Assembly (NCBI GenBank): GCA_040398005.1
Contig: JBBAUX010000001.1
Span: 258,847-322,846, forward strand
Length of the DNA: 64,000 nt
Reading direction: 5' to 3'
Source: Opitutales bacterium
GTDB taxonomy: Bacteria; Verrucomicrobiota; Verrucomicrobiia; Opitutales; UBA953
The translations under genes were made by a program, and so were the position numbers. The notes under the pieces are model-generated. The model worked only from the letters and a program-made list of their open reading frames with translations. It did not search any database and had not been told where the DNA came from. Positions 50,035 to 59,865 of the stretch are shown here, one piece after another; position 1 is the first letter of the stretch, and each line of letters opens with the position of its first letter.

Positions 50035-50439
50035 TTATTGAGCGAAGGCTCGATTAAAAGCTTCTTCGATTTTTGCAGGGGGTCTGACTGGTTTAAACTC
50101 ACGATTAACAAAAGCGTGTGCCGTAAACCCCTCAACAATCAGTTCATTGCCGCGTTCGACTTTATAGGTTAGGTGGAGTCGGGCCTTGGGTTTTTCTAAA
50201 AGTGTGACTGTAATTTTTAAACGATCATCAAAATGCGATGGGCGATGATACGTAATCCCGGTTTCTAGAACAGGGAGGAGGAAGCCGTTTTTTTCTAAGT
50301 CGCGGTAAGGACAACCGATCTTGTCCAACATCGCGACCCGTGCCATTTCGAACCAGGGCAGATAATTACCATGGTAGGTGACACCCATCGCGTCGGTCTC
50401 CGCAAAGCGAACTCGTGTTTCAACTGAAGCTTCTAACAT
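50035..50439 (-). CDS. Acyl-CoA thioesterase (YbgC/FadM family)
   Basis: RVRFAETDAMGVTYHGNYLPWFEMAR. Confidence 0.9.
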   Translation of the reverse strand: MLEASVETRVRFAETDAMGVTYHGNYLPWFEMARVAMLDKIGCPYRDLEKNGFLLPVLETGITYHRPSHFDDRLKITVTLLEKPKARLHLTYKVERGNELIVEGFTAHAFVNREFKPVRPPAKIEEAFNRAFAQ

Positions 50440-50511
50440 GTCATTAAACTGACGATTTTATTTAATTTTCCAATGACAAAGCCACGGCTGTGAACGGCTT
50501 CTCCTTGCCGA

Positions 50512-51186
50512 ATGTCCCACATCATTGAATATAAAGATATGGGACAGCGCGAACGTTGGCTAATCTTCCTACTCGGTACTCTGATCGGAGCGGGTATGCT
50601 GTGGACTTTTAAAACTCAGAGTGAGCCCGCCCGCACCGAGAAACGTTTGGTCCGTGAAGCGCTTAATCTCCCCGGCATGATGTTCGATTTCGCCGTCGCT
50701 CAAAAGGGGTTCTACGGACACTATGTTTTGTTAGAGTCTGTTGAGACACTTTCCGATGGTTCAAAGGTCCGTTCGATTGTGACCGGTGGCCGTCGACACT
50801 ATAACGCGGAGGGTACAGAACTTCCTCAGGAATATTTATTGATTACAGAAACCTACGCCCCCGGCACGCCACTCGCTGAAGCAGGTCCAGTTACGCATTA
50901 CACTTTCGCTTTCGCAGACCGTTTAACCATCCAGCTTCGCATGGGGTATTCTGCGGCTGATGTAACGACCGATTTTGGTGACGTCGCAACCCCAGTCGCC
51001 GATCGACCTGATTTAGTGACTCTTAAATTAACAAAATGGATTAAAAGCCATCAAGCCAAGGACTGGAGTAAATTGAATGATATCATTAAAGGCCTGTCCA
51101 AAAAATCAGCCGTGCAATCCGTTGAGCTCACCAAAATCGATTGGCAAAGCGAAGCCGAATTAATAAAACAAAATTCTACTAAGTAA
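50512..51186 (+). CDS. Hypothetical membrane-anchored protein
   Basis: N-terminal TM helix; stop overlaps the start of the CDF gene. Confidence 0.7.
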   Translation: MSHIIEYKDMGQRERWLIFLLGTLIGAGMLWTFKTQSEPARTEKRLVREALNLPGMMFDFAVAQKGFYGHYVLLESVETLSDGSKVRSIVTGGRRHYNAEGTELPQEYLLITETYAPGTPLAEAGPVTHYTFAFADRLTIQLRMGYSAADVTTDFGDVATPVADRPDLVTLKLTKWIKSHQAKDWSKLNDIIKGLSKKSAVQSVELTKIDWQSEAELIKQNSTK

Positions 51187-52103
51187 TGTCGACCGTCAAA
51201 CAAGAGGGGATTTTCACCGTTATACTGAGCCTCTGCGTTAACATCGTTCTCGCTAGCGTAAAATGTAGCGTAGGTGTTATCGCAAATTCCCACGCCCTGA
51301 TTGCCGATGGTATTCACTCGCTCACTGATATTGCAGGCGACATCGCCGCGATCATCGGCATCCGTCTCGCGCACGTCCCCAAAGATGATGATCACCCTTA
51401 CGGACATTACCGATTCTCGACCCTCGCGACCCTTTTCATTTCCACTTTAGTTTTAAGTTTCTGTATCGGCTTGGCGTGGCACTCGCTCAAAAACTTAGTC
51501 CAAGGTAATGTCTCAGAGATTCCGGGCTTAGCCGCTGCTTGGGTTGCGGGTATTGCTCTTATTATTAAAGAAACCTTTTACCAGTTTGCTCGACGTCAGG
51601 CCGATAAATTAGGTTCACGTCTTCTCTTGGCTAATGCTGCCGACCATCGTGCAGACGCCATTGCATCATTGCTCGCCTTAATCGCAGTCGTCATCGCAAA
51701 CACGCATCCTGAGTGGGTGGCAGTCGATAAGGTAATCGGACTAGTCCTCGCTGGTTGGCTCGGTGCCGAAGGTATCAAATTATTTAAGTCCGCCTGCGCT
51801 GATTTAATCGACACCGCACCGGAAGAAAAAATTCTAAAAGATTTGAGCGAACATATTCTCGCTGTTTCTGGTACCAAGGGTTTCCATGCCTTCCGCGCAC
51901 GCCGCGTGGGTGATCGCTTCGAGATAGACTTCCATCTTCAAGTCGGTGAAACCGCGACCGTCGCCCAAGGCCATGCGATTGCCGGACAGGTTAAATCCGA
52001 TATTTTACGTCTCCACCCCGAAGTGGTTTCAGTGCTCGTACATGTTGAGCCGGACATGCCTGAATATCGCAAGTGCGACGGTCACCACGGTTCAGCTCAC
52101 TGA
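51186..52103 (+). CDS. Cation diffusion facilitator family transporter
   Basis: ALIADGIHSLTD, DDDHPYGH, DHRAD, C-terminal HVEP. Confidence 0.93.
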   Translation: MSTVKQEGIFTVILSLCVNIVLASVKCSVGVIANSHALIADGIHSLTDIAGDIAAIIGIRLAHVPKDDDHPYGHYRFSTLATLFISTLVLSFCIGLAWHSLKNLVQGNVSEIPGLAAAWVAGIALIIKETFYQFARRQADKLGSRLLLANAADHRADAIASLLALIAVVIANTHPEWVAVDKVIGLVLAGWLGAEGIKLFKSACADLIDTAPEEKILKDLSEHILAVSGTKGFHAFRARRVGDRFEIDFHLQVGETATVAQGHAIAGQVKSDILRLHPEVVSVLVHVEPDMPEYRKCDGHHGSAH

Positions 52104-52106
52104 TTT

Positions 52107-53228
52107 TTAGACCGTCGAAAAAGCCCGCACTCCGAACTTATTCGTTAGCCACGTTTGCAGGGTCTTAAAATCTTTGGGTGGCTCCACGGAGAAGGTCATA
52201 GTCTTTCCTGTCTGAGGATGCTTCAAGGTGAGTTTGTGCGCATGCAGCATGACGCGTGGCATAGGCCAGTTATCATAGGTAGGCACATCAAATTTACCAT
52301 ACGTACGATCGCCTAAAATAGAATGTCCAATGTGCCCTAAGTGCACCCGAATCTGGTGAGTGCGGCCAGTCTGCGGATAAGCTCTAATCAACGCAGCGTG
52401 CGGACCATACTTTTCTTCCACGCGCCAATCGGTAATCGCTTCGTGACGTCCATCTTCACGCACGGCCATGCGTACACGCACGGTACGGTGACGATCAATG
52501 TTCGCGTTCACTTGTCCACCAAGCAGACGCGGACTTTTATCCACGAGCGCTAAATATTCTTTTTTCGCCGTACGATCACCGAATTGTTCAACTAAGTTGT
52601 GATACGCTTTATCGGTCTTTGCTAAAACAATCACGCCGGAGGTTTCACGGTCGAGACGATGCACCACACCCGGACGGGGAGCGCCACCCGCTGGTGCTAG
52701 TTTACCTTTGGTATGATGGAGCAAGCCATGCACGACCGAAAGTTCATCCGATCCTTGAACGGGGTGGGTGAGTAATCCGCTCGGCTTATTAATCGCAATA
52801 ATATGAGCGTCTTCGTAGATGACTTCTAAATTCATTTTCACGGCGGTCGCGGTGGGCTCTTCGGGAGCGGGCAGGGCAACGGTGAGACTGTCTAAAGGAT
52901 TTAAAACGGTGCGACGATCAATCGCCACGCCATCGCGAGTGATTAATCCTAAATCAAGTGCCTTCTGTACCCGCGAGCGACTGATCCCGCTGAGTAAACT
53001 GGAAAGTATTTTATCGGCACGTGCGGGTGATACCTCGGCCTCGAGTTTTACGTTATGGATTTCGTGTTCCGCCGTTGGCTGAACGGGTGCACGTTTAACG
53101 CCGCTCCGAGAAGTCTTTTTCTCTTCGCGAGCTGGACGAAGAACTTTCGGAGAAACTTTTCGTGTCTGCGGTTTATGTTTGATCGAACCCGGTGATGGCT
53201 TGTGGGCTGGTTTAATTTTGGGAGGCAT
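52107..53228 (-). CDS. RluA/RluD family pseudouridine synthase
   Basis: S4-like RADK..SRSRVQK, NKPSG, PGVVHRLDRETSG, TGRTHQIRVH, GDRTY, LHA; basic N-terminal extension. Confidence 0.93.
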   Translation of the reverse strand: MPPKIKPAHKPSPGSIKHKPQTRKVSPKVLRPAREEKKTSRSGVKRAPVQPTAEHEIHNVKLEAEVSPARADKILSSLLSGISRSRVQKALDLGLITRDGVAIDRRTVLNPLDSLTVALPAPEEPTATAVKMNLEVIYEDAHIIAINKPSGLLTHPVQGSDELSVVHGLLHHTKGKLAPAGGAPRPGVVHRLDRETSGVIVLAKTDKAYHNLVEQFGDRTAKKEYLALVDKSPRLLGGQVNANIDRHRTVRVRMAVREDGRHEAITDWRVEEKYGPHAALIRAYPQTGRTHQIRVHLGHIGHSILGDRTYGKFDVPTYDNWPMPRVMLHAHKLTLKHPQTGKTMTFSVEPPKDFKTLQTWLTNKFGVRAFSTV

Positions 53229-54346
53229 TAGCGTTTTTTTCCCAAAAGGTAGTCGGGATTCAATTTTTGTAAGGATTTAGGGACGAAGAGTCCATCCTTA
53301 CGAATGACCTTACCGTCAAATCTAATTTCTCCGCCACCATACTCAGGGCGTTGAATACAAACCATATCCCAGTGAATCGACGACTGATTGCCATTATCGG
53401 TCGTTTCATAGCACATGCCTGGCGTAAAGTGGAACGATCCCGCAATCTTCTCATCAAAGAGAATGTCCTGCATCGGATTTAAGATGTGCGGATTAAATCC
53501 AATGGCGAACTCACCAATATAACGAGCCCCCGCATCCGTATCTAAAATGGCATTGAGTCGCTTGGTGTTATTCGACGTCGCCTCGACGATTTTTCCTTTT
53601 TTGAAAACGAGACGAATATTTTCAAACGAGACGCCTTGGTAAATGGTCGGTGCATTGTACTGAATCACTCCTTCAACCGAATCTTTAATCGGTGCCGTAA
53701 ATACTTCGCCATCGGGAATGTTGTGGCTGCCACCGCAGGGAATCGCGTTCATTCCTTTGATCGAGAAACGTAAATCGGTGCCGGGTGAAGTAATATGCAC
53801 ATCCTTAGCCTTCATCATCACTTCGCTTAGTGCATCCATCCCCGCTGTCATGCGTGAATAATCGAGCGTACAAACTTTGAAGAAGAAATCGGCAAACGCT
53901 TCGGTGCTCATTTTCGCCTGTTGAGCCATCGACGCGGTAGGCCAACGTAACACGACCCATTTAGTTTTATTCACTCTCCAATCGAGAGTCGGCTGCATCG
54001 CCTGGGCGTGAGCTTTGGCTAAAGGAGAGGGGATATCACTCGACTCAAAAATATTATCGGCCCCACGCACGGCAATGTAAGCATCCATCTTCTTCATGCG
54101 GGCTAACTCAAACTCGTTACTTAATTTAAATTGTTCGGTGACGCCGTAGCGAACGAGCTCGCGATTGATCCGGGGCTTTTGAAAATTAACTTGGGGCACT
54201 GCACCGCGGGCACGGGCGGCACGGATGAGGGCGACCACAAATTCTTCCGGCACGTCAGCCACGTCGATTAAGACCTTCTGGCCTTTTTTAAGGTCGATCG
54301 AGAATCCGCAGAGGACCTTAGCTAAGTCGTTATATCGTGAATCCAT
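53228..54346 (-). CDS. Aminopeptidase, M29 family
   Basis: [40 protein letters not shown]. Confidence 0.92.
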   Translation of the reverse strand: MDSRYNDLAKVLCGFSIDLKKGQKVLIDVADVPEEFVVALIRAARARGAVPQVNFQKPRINRELVRYGVTEQFKLSNEFELARMKKMDAYIAVRGADNIFESSDIPSPLAKAHAQAMQPTLDWRVNKTKWVVLRWPTASMAQQAKMSTEAFADFFFKVCTLDYSRMTAGMDALSEVMMKAKDVHITSPGTDLRFSIKGMNAIPCGGSHNIPDGEVFTAPIKDSVEGVIQYNAPTIYQGVSFENIRLVFKKGKIVEATSNNTKRLNAILDTDAGARYIGEFAIGFNPHILNPMQDILFDEKIAGSFHFTPGMCYETTDNGNQSSIHWDMVCIQRPEYGGGEIRFDGKVIRKDGLFVPKSLQKLNPDYLLGKKR

Positions 54347-54432
54347 TTCCCCTTTACCATGTCGGTTTTACGCAATTTTCCAAGTGCTAAACCCTTTCTT
54401 GCTACAATTATTGTTTCATATATCTAATAGGT

Positions 54433-54810
54433 ATGTCGTCTTCCGGTCCCCATGAACGTGCGCAAGCTCTGACGAACGATGCGGCCTTTGATTTCGCCGT
54501 GGGCGACGAAGCAGCGGCACTCACTAAATTGAATGAGGCGGTCGCCCTCGCGCCCGATTTTTTTGAAGCCTGGCTGGCCAAAGCTGAAGTGCATTTTGCA
54601 CAACGTCAGTTCGATGACGCACTGCAAGCAGGCGAAACGGCTTTAAACTTAAAACCGAAAGATATTCATATTCATACATCGCTCTCCCGAATTTGGATGG
54701 AGCGTGGAGATAAAACCAGGGCCGAACACCACGGCGCCCAGGCCCGAATTCTGGGCTGGGGTGATCAGATCAAAGAGCCCGAGGGCGGGCAGTCCCGCGA
54801 TATCTCCTAA
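54433..54810 (+). CDS. TPR repeat protein
   Basis: EAVALAPDFFEAWLAKAEVHF, ALNLKPKDIHIHTSLSRIW. Confidence 0.85.
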   Translation: MSSSGPHERAQALTNDAAFDFAVGDEAAALTKLNEAVALAPDFFEAWLAKAEVHFAQRQFDDALQAGETALNLKPKDIHIHTSLSRIWMERGDKTRAEHHGAQARILGWGDQIKEPEGGQSRDIS

Positions 54811-54814
54811 GCAT

Positions 54815-54965
54815 TGTGACAGACCAGATTTGCCTTGTGACACCCTGTCACGAAGGTGCGTGACAGATTAAGGTCAGTTTAGGGAAGTAATCCCGCGTAA
54901 TCCCCAAAAAAACCATGTAAACTATTGCTAAACCCGTCAAAAATCGTTTTGGCATTCCTTCTGCA
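54815..54965 (+). promoter_or_regulatory. Sigma54 (-24/-12) promoter of groES-groEL with upstream TGTGACA enhancer-like repeats
   Basis: TGGCATTCCTTCTGCA at 54950-54965 (GG-N10-GC); (T/C)GTGACA at 54815, 54836 and 54859; inverted TGTCAC at 54846. Confidence 0.65.
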
Positions 54966-55010
54966 ATACGCAGTTCGCCCAGTTCGGGCAACCTAACCTT
55001 ACCAAAACCT

Positions 55011-55316
55011 ATGTCCAAAAACTCCAAACTCAAAGTAAAGCCTCTCGCTGATCGCGTTCTCGTTCAACGCATCGAGGAAGGCGAAGAAATCAAGGGTGGC
55101 ATCATCATCCCTGATTCTGCCAAAGAAAAACCACAAGAAGCTCGCGTCATTGCCCTCGGCACCGGTGCGCTCGACAAGGACGGCAAGAAGATTCCTTTCT
55201 CCGTTCAAGTGGGCGACAAAGTTCTCATCGGAAAATACGCCGGCTCGGAAGTGAAACTTAACGACGACACTTACTTGCTCCTCTCCGAAAACGAAATCCT
55301 CGCGATTATCGAATAA
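55011..55316 (+). CDS. groES: Co-chaperonin GroES
   Basis: [33 protein letters not shown]. Confidence 0.97.
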   Translation: MSKNSKLKVKPLADRVLVQRIEEGEEIKGGIIIPDSAKEKPQEARVIALGTGALDKDGKKIPFSVQVGDKVLIGKYAGSEVKLNDDTYLLLSENEILAIIE

Positions 55317-55348
55317 TTATTTCTCTCACTCTTCATAAATAAAATCCT

Positions 55349-56974
55349 ATGTCCAAAAAACAAATCCTGTTCGATGAAGCCGCCCGCCGTAAGGTGTTGA
55401 ACGGTGTCACCATTCTCGCCCGTGCGGTGAAAGTCACCCTCGGACCGAAAGGCCGTAATGTGATGATCGATAAAAAGTTCGGCGCTCCTAAAGTAACGAA
55501 AGACGGTGTTACCGTTGCTAAGGAAATCGAATTGAGCGATCCCTATGAAAACATGGGCGCCCAAATGGTTCGTGAAGTAGCCTCCAAAACTGCTGATAAA
55601 GCAGGGGATGGCACGACCACCGCGACCGTTCTCGCTGAAGCTATCTACAAAGAAGGTCTTCGCTTCGTCGCCGCGGGTGCCAATCCGATCTTCGTGAAAC
55701 GTGGTATCGATAAAGCCACCGAAGCGATTGTTAAAGAACTCGCTAACATTTCTAAGAAAATCAAAACCCGCGAAGAAATTAAGCAGGTTGCGACCGTTTC
55801 CGCTAACTGGGATTCATCCATCGGTGACATCATCGCCGAAGCCATGGATCGCGTAGGTAAAGACGGCACGATCACGGTTGAAGAAGCTAAGACTATCGAA
55901 ACGACGCTCGACGTTGTTGAAGGTATGCAATTCGACAAAGGTTACCTCTCACCTTATTTCGCCACCAACGCGGAAACCCTCGAAGCCGTTCTTGAAGACG
56001 TCTACGTTCTTCTCTTCGAAAAGAAGATCAGCTCGATGAAGGACCTCCTTCCTTTACTCCAAGAAGTCGCGAAATCCAGCAAGCCTCTCCTCATCATCTC
56101 TGAAGAAGTTGAAGGCGAAGCCCTCGCCACTCTCGTGGTTAATCGCCTCCGTGGTACGATCAACGTCTGTGCCGTCAAAGCCCCTGGCTTTGGTGACCGT
56201 CGTAAAGCGATGATGGAAGATATCGCTGTCTTAACGGGTGGACGTTTTATCACCGAAGACCTCGGTATCAAACTCGAGTCTGTTAAAGTCGCTGATCTCG
56301 GTCGCGCCAAACGTATTGTGGCCGACAAAGAAAACACCACCATCATCCAAGGTGCTGGTAAATCTGCCGACATCCAAGGCCGCGTGAAACTTATCCGTCG
56401 TCAAATCGAAGAAACTTCTTCCGATTACGATAAAGAAAAACTCCAAGAGCGTCTCGCAAAACTCGCTGGTGGCGTCGCCGTCATCCACGTAGGTGCTGCA
56501 ACCGAAGCTGAATTGAAGGAGAAAAAAGATCGCGTCGACGACGCTCTGCACGCCACGCGCGCTGCCGTTCAAGAAGGTATCGTTCCTGGTGGTGGCGTAG
56601 CTCTGCTCCGCACCGTTAAGGCAATCGACGCCGTCATCAACTCCCTCAGCGATGACGAAAAGATTGGTGCTCAAATTGTTCGTAAGGCAATTGAAGAACC
56701 TCTCCGTACTCTCTGCGCTAACGCCGGTGTTGAAGGTTCACACATCGTCCAAGAAGTTCTTCTTAAACACAAAGGTGCTAACGGTTACAACGTAGCTACC
56801 GGTGAATACCAAGATCTCGTGGCTGGTGGCGTGGTCGACCCAACTAAGGTCACCCGTACTGCAATCATCAACGCTGCTTCTGTAGCCGGACTCTTACTTA
56901 CCACGGAATGTCTCATCACTGATCTTCCTGAGGATTCGAAGTCTGCGCCCGGTGGCGACCAGCACGACCACTGA
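55349..56974 (+). CDS. groEL: Chaperonin GroEL
   Basis: [47 protein letters not shown]; ends PGGDQHDH. Confidence 0.97.
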   Translation: MSKKQILFDEAARRKVLNGVTILARAVKVTLGPKGRNVMIDKKFGAPKVTKDGVTVAKEIELSDPYENMGAQMVREVASKTADKAGDGTTTATVLAEAIYKEGLRFVAAGANPIFVKRGIDKATEAIVKELANISKKIKTREEIKQVATVSANWDSSIGDIIAEAMDRVGKDGTITVEEAKTIETTLDVVEGMQFDKGYLSPYFATNAETLEAVLEDVYVLLFEKKISSMKDLLPLLQEVAKSSKPLLIISEEVEGEALATLVVNRLRGTINVCAVKAPGFGDRRKAMMEDIAVLTGGRFITEDLGIKLESVKVADLGRAKRIVADKENTTIIQGAGKSADIQGRVKLIRRQIEETSSDYDKEKLQERLAKLAGGVAVIHVGAATEAELKEKKDRVDDALHATRAAVQEGIVPGGGVALLRTVKAIDAVINSLSDDEKIGAQIVRKAIEEPLRTLCANAGVEGSHIVQEVLLKHKGANGYNVATGEYQDLVAGGVVDPTKVTRTAIINAASVAGLLLTTECLITDLPEDSKSAPGGDQHDH

Positions 56975-56997
56975 GCCTAAAAGCTAGTTCGTGTATC

Positions 56998-57025
56998 AAC
57001 GGCGTCCAAATGGACGCCGTTTTTT
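56998..57025 (+). terminator. Terminator after groEL
   Basis: AACGGCGTCCA-AA-TGGACGCCGTTTTTT. Confidence 0.85.
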
Positions 57026-57064
57026 GTGGGTTGCGGGGTAGGTGGTAGACCCTAGGTTGGGTCT

Positions 57065-57559
57065 ATGGCTCGCGTTAAACTCCAAAAAGAAACCTCCCCA
57101 GTCTTCATCTGGGTCGTTTTCTTCCTCATCACCACCGTTACCATGGGCGTCCTCTTCGCAGGCATCCCAGGCTCAGGCTTTAACGGTCTGCGTTCGGGCG
57201 TGTATTTTGACATGGAAGCGGGCTTCGATGACGCCCGATTCATGGATAACCGGATTAAATGCGAATCCTCCCAAGCTATCAAAGGCGTCCGCGCCGCCCT
57301 AGTGGAGCTCCGCCCCGATTACCCCGTCGAACGAGTAACCTTGAAATTGGAGAATTACCCCTCGGGCTATAAATTCCAAGTTCGCTACGTTACTTACTAC
57401 GCTCAAAAACTTAATATCGGAGGAGATAAGATCTTCCGCCGCGGATCCCAAGTAGGGGACCCAGCCATCGATGCCGAAGTGAAACAAAAAGACGCCGAGG
57501 TCGAAAAAGTTATCCGTGACGCCCTCGAATCTTATTTTGTTTCCCGTAGCGCAAAATAA
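57065..57559 (+). CDS. Hypothetical membrane-anchored protein
   Basis: One N-terminal TM helix; promoter-like TTGCGG-16-TAGGTT ending 6 nt before the ATG. Confidence 0.7.
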   Translation: MARVKLQKETSPVFIWVVFFLITTVTMGVLFAGIPGSGFNGLRSGVYFDMEAGFDDARFMDNRIKCESSQAIKGVRAALVELRPDYPVERVTLKLENYPSGYKFQVRYVTYYAQKLNIGGDKIFRRGSQVGDPAIDAEVKQKDAEVEKVIRDALESYFVSRSAK

Positions 57560-57890
57560 TTTTCAGATCGTTTTCGAGAAGTTTAAGCGTAGCTTAAATT
57601 TTGTTTCCTATGACAGAAAAAGTGTGGGTGACGGAAGATTTTCCTTGCTTTTTTTCTAATAGAGTGATACAGTAATATTTCCTTTATTAATTAAGGAGTT
57701 CAGTCACATCCCCGTTCACCCAGGGATTATTCAGTCTCGAAAAATCATTACCCGGCAGCGGGATGTCCTGTTTTTGGCAAAATTGTAACAAAACCGGCGA
57801 AATTTTCGCCCTCGCAGTTTTTGCGAGAACGGGAGCCCCCTTTATGTAGGGCCATTCATTTCTTGATGCCCCCGATCTGACTTTCCACCC

Positions 57891-58688
57891 ATGCCTGACC
57901 AATCCGTACCTACCCGCCACAAAATCGAATCCATCCTATTCATCAGCTCATTGAGCGCGTTTACTCTCCGTCAACGCGTCAGTGAGTTGGTCGAAGGGGA
58001 TCCTAAACTCAACAACTGCTTCTTAGTCACCGACGACAAATTTGATAAGTTCAGTATCGCCGGACTAGACCAAGTCGGAGAAATCCGCTTTATCCTGGAT
58101 GGCTCAACAATCAAAAACCACGACGAGCTTAAAGGTGTCGGTTTTGGCACCCAATTCCTCATCATCGAATACCGCGTGGGGGATAAACATATTGTAAATT
58201 GCTTCCTGCAGAAGTTAAAACGCCACTTGTCTAAGCACGAGTTGGCCAAGAAGGAGCCCGAAGAGCCGGAAATGTTCATGAATGTTCCGATGTTCTTTTT
58301 ATCCCTTCGTACTTTCCTCGCTAAAGACTTCCTCATTAGCGATTCGGCAATCGAGTCGGCACGTAGCTGTGTTTCCTTTGACGATGTCGGTACTATATTA
58401 ATGGAATTAGAGACTCTCAGTAATATGCCCCGACTCTTGAGCGGTGAGGATAATGACGTCGATGATTTTGATGCACATGCAAAGGCCTCGAGTCACATGC
58501 TCTTCTATCAAAACCAGAAATTTAAGAAGAAGCATGTCCTCCACCACGGTAAAAAGCATATTCTTGATCATCGGTTCATCATTCATAGCGAAAAAGGTGA
58601 CACTCGATTATTACTGCATGTGAAGTGGTTGGAGAAAGCCCGCAAACACTTGATCGGCTTCATCGAAGAACTCCCCTCCGGTAAATAA
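57891..58688 (+). CDS. Hypothetical protein (distal tRNA-His cassette)
   Basis: 265-aa ORF; its stop codon lies within repeat copy 1. Confidence 0.7.
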   Translation: MPDQSVPTRHKIESILFISSLSAFTLRQRVSELVEGDPKLNNCFLVTDDKFDKFSIAGLDQVGEIRFILDGSTIKNHDELKGVGFGTQFLIIEYRVGDKHIVNCFLQKLKRHLSKHELAKKEPEEPEMFMNVPMFFLSLRTFLAKDFLISDSAIESARSCVSFDDVGTILMELETLSNMPRLLSGEDNDVDDFDAHAKASSHMLFYQNQKFKKKHVLHHGKKHILDHRFIIHSEKGDTRLLLHVKWLEKARKHLIGFIEELPSGK

Positions 58689-58755
58689 AAAAAGGGGTCA
58701 GACACCATTAAAGGGGTCAGACTACGTCGACGTAGTCTGACCCCTTTTTGTGAAA
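58682..58755. repeat. Palindromic GGGGTCAG repeat, copy 1 (REP-like/terminator)
   Basis: TAAATAAAAAAAGGGGTCAGACACCATTA followed by a perfect 38-bp palindrome AAAGGGGTCAGACTACGTCGACGTAGTCTGACCCCTTT (58710-58747). Confidence 0.85.
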
Positions 58756-58788
58756 ATAGCCTAGAGTAATCTGACCTTCTGTTCAAAC

Positions 58789-58799
58789 TGGGGTGATTG
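58789..58799 (-). repeat. 11-bp direct repeat of the tRNA-His 3' end (att-like)
   Basis: TGGGGTGATTG, identical to 59866-59876 (tRNA ...CAATCACCCCA). Confidence 0.7.
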
Positions 58800-58837
58800 G
58801 CTTGCTTAAGGTTTCTATTTGGCTGATTAGACTATTC

Positions 58838-59779
58838 GTGCGCAAAATCCTTCTATTTATTTTTGGGATTAGCGGATCCCAGGTGATGGCTGCTGGAATG
58901 ATGCCAATGGAAGCACCCTCATCGTTTGCCTATGTACTACAAGCCGATGAATTAGGACAGACTCCTGCAGTCGTAGCCGACAAACTTAATAAAAGTCAGC
59001 GAGATTGGTTTGTTCTCGATTCGCATTTTTCGGAAGAGGTCTTGTGGCGGTCTTCGGATCTTAAAACTATCCGTGGCAATAGTCCTAAACGAAAAATCCT
59101 CGCCTACATCTCAATCGGTGAAGCTGAAGACTATCGAACTTATTGGAAGAAGTCTTGGTTAGATAACGGCAAGCCTACATCCTCGGCGCCGCCATGGTTG
59201 CTTAATCAAAATCCAGAATGGAAGGGTAACTTCGTCGTAAAATATTGGGATAGAGAATGGCAGAAAATAATTCTCAATTCTGTAGAACAGGCGATGGCTG
59301 CTGGCTTTGATGGTGTATACTTGGATATCGTAGATGGCTTTGAGACTTTCGAAAAAGTCGGCACTGATTATGATGAGAACCGAATTAATCCTGAAACTAA
59401 ACAGTCTTACCGTCGCGACATGATTGATTGGGTTAAAAGAATTGCAGTTCAAGCCCGGGCTAAAAAATCCGACGCCTTAGTTATTCCACAGAATGGTTCC
59501 GCGCTTTTGGAGTCCGATGATTTTTTCTCTCATATTAGCGGTATCGGTATCGAGGATCTCTACGCCGTCGGTGATAAAAAGCAGCCTAGCCGCGACACCC
59601 GCGATGTCCTAGACAACTTGCAGCGGATTAAAGAAAGTAAAAAACCCATACTCCTTGTTGAGTATGCACAGACAGGTGAATTACAGGCCTATGTTAAAAA
59701 GCGTGCCCATGATGATGGACTCATCCTGCTTCTGACAGATAGAGATCTTAAAACTTTAGGCAGCTCATCCTCTAAATAA
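58838..59779 (+). CDS. Endo-alpha-1,4-polygalactosaminidase-like glycoside hydrolase (GH114, MJ1477/TM1410 type)
   Basis: FAYVLQ, LAYISIGEAEDYRTYW, NPEWKGNFVVKYWD..WQ, AGFDGVYLDIVD, VIPQNG, IEDL, LVEY; probable GTG start with signal peptide (ORF is open from 58793). Confidence 0.85.
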   Translation: MRKILLFIFGISGSQVMAAGMMPMEAPSSFAYVLQADELGQTPAVVADKLNKSQRDWFVLDSHFSEEVLWRSSDLKTIRGNSPKRKILAYISIGEAEDYRTYWKKSWLDNGKPTSSAPPWLLNQNPEWKGNFVVKYWDREWQKIILNSVEQAMAAGFDGVYLDIVDGFETFEKVGTDYDENRINPETKQSYRRDMIDWVKRIAVQARAKKSDALVIPQNGSALLESDDFFSHISGIGIEDLYAVGDKKQPSRDTRDVLDNLQRIKESKKPILLVEYAQTGELQAYVKKRAHDDGLILLLTDRDLKTLGSSSSK

Positions 59780-59865
59780 AAAAAGGGGTCAGGCACCATT
59801 AACGGTGTCTGACCCCATTTATAGGGTCAGACTACGCTGACGTAGTCTGACCCCTTATTTGAAAG
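59773..59865. repeat. Palindromic GGGGTCAG repeat, copy 2 (double hairpin; likely bidirectional terminator)
   Basis: TAAATAAAAAAA, then GGGGTCAGGCACC-ATTAAC-GGTGTCTGACCCC, then GGGTCAGACTACG-CTGA-CGTAGTCTGACCC; abuts the tRNA-His CCA. Confidence 0.85.

Noticed and set aside
57687..57890. Possible riboswitch or minus-strand 77-aa ORF upstream of the 57891 gene
   Set aside because: Only small hairpins are visible, with no recognisable aptamer consensus. The ORF has no motif and overlaps the next gene's start.
58682..59865. CRISPR array or classical integron attC interpretation of the palindromic repeats
   Set aside because: There are only two units about 1.1 kb apart, with no short unique spacers, cas genes or intI, and no RYYYAAC...GTTRRRY attC ends.
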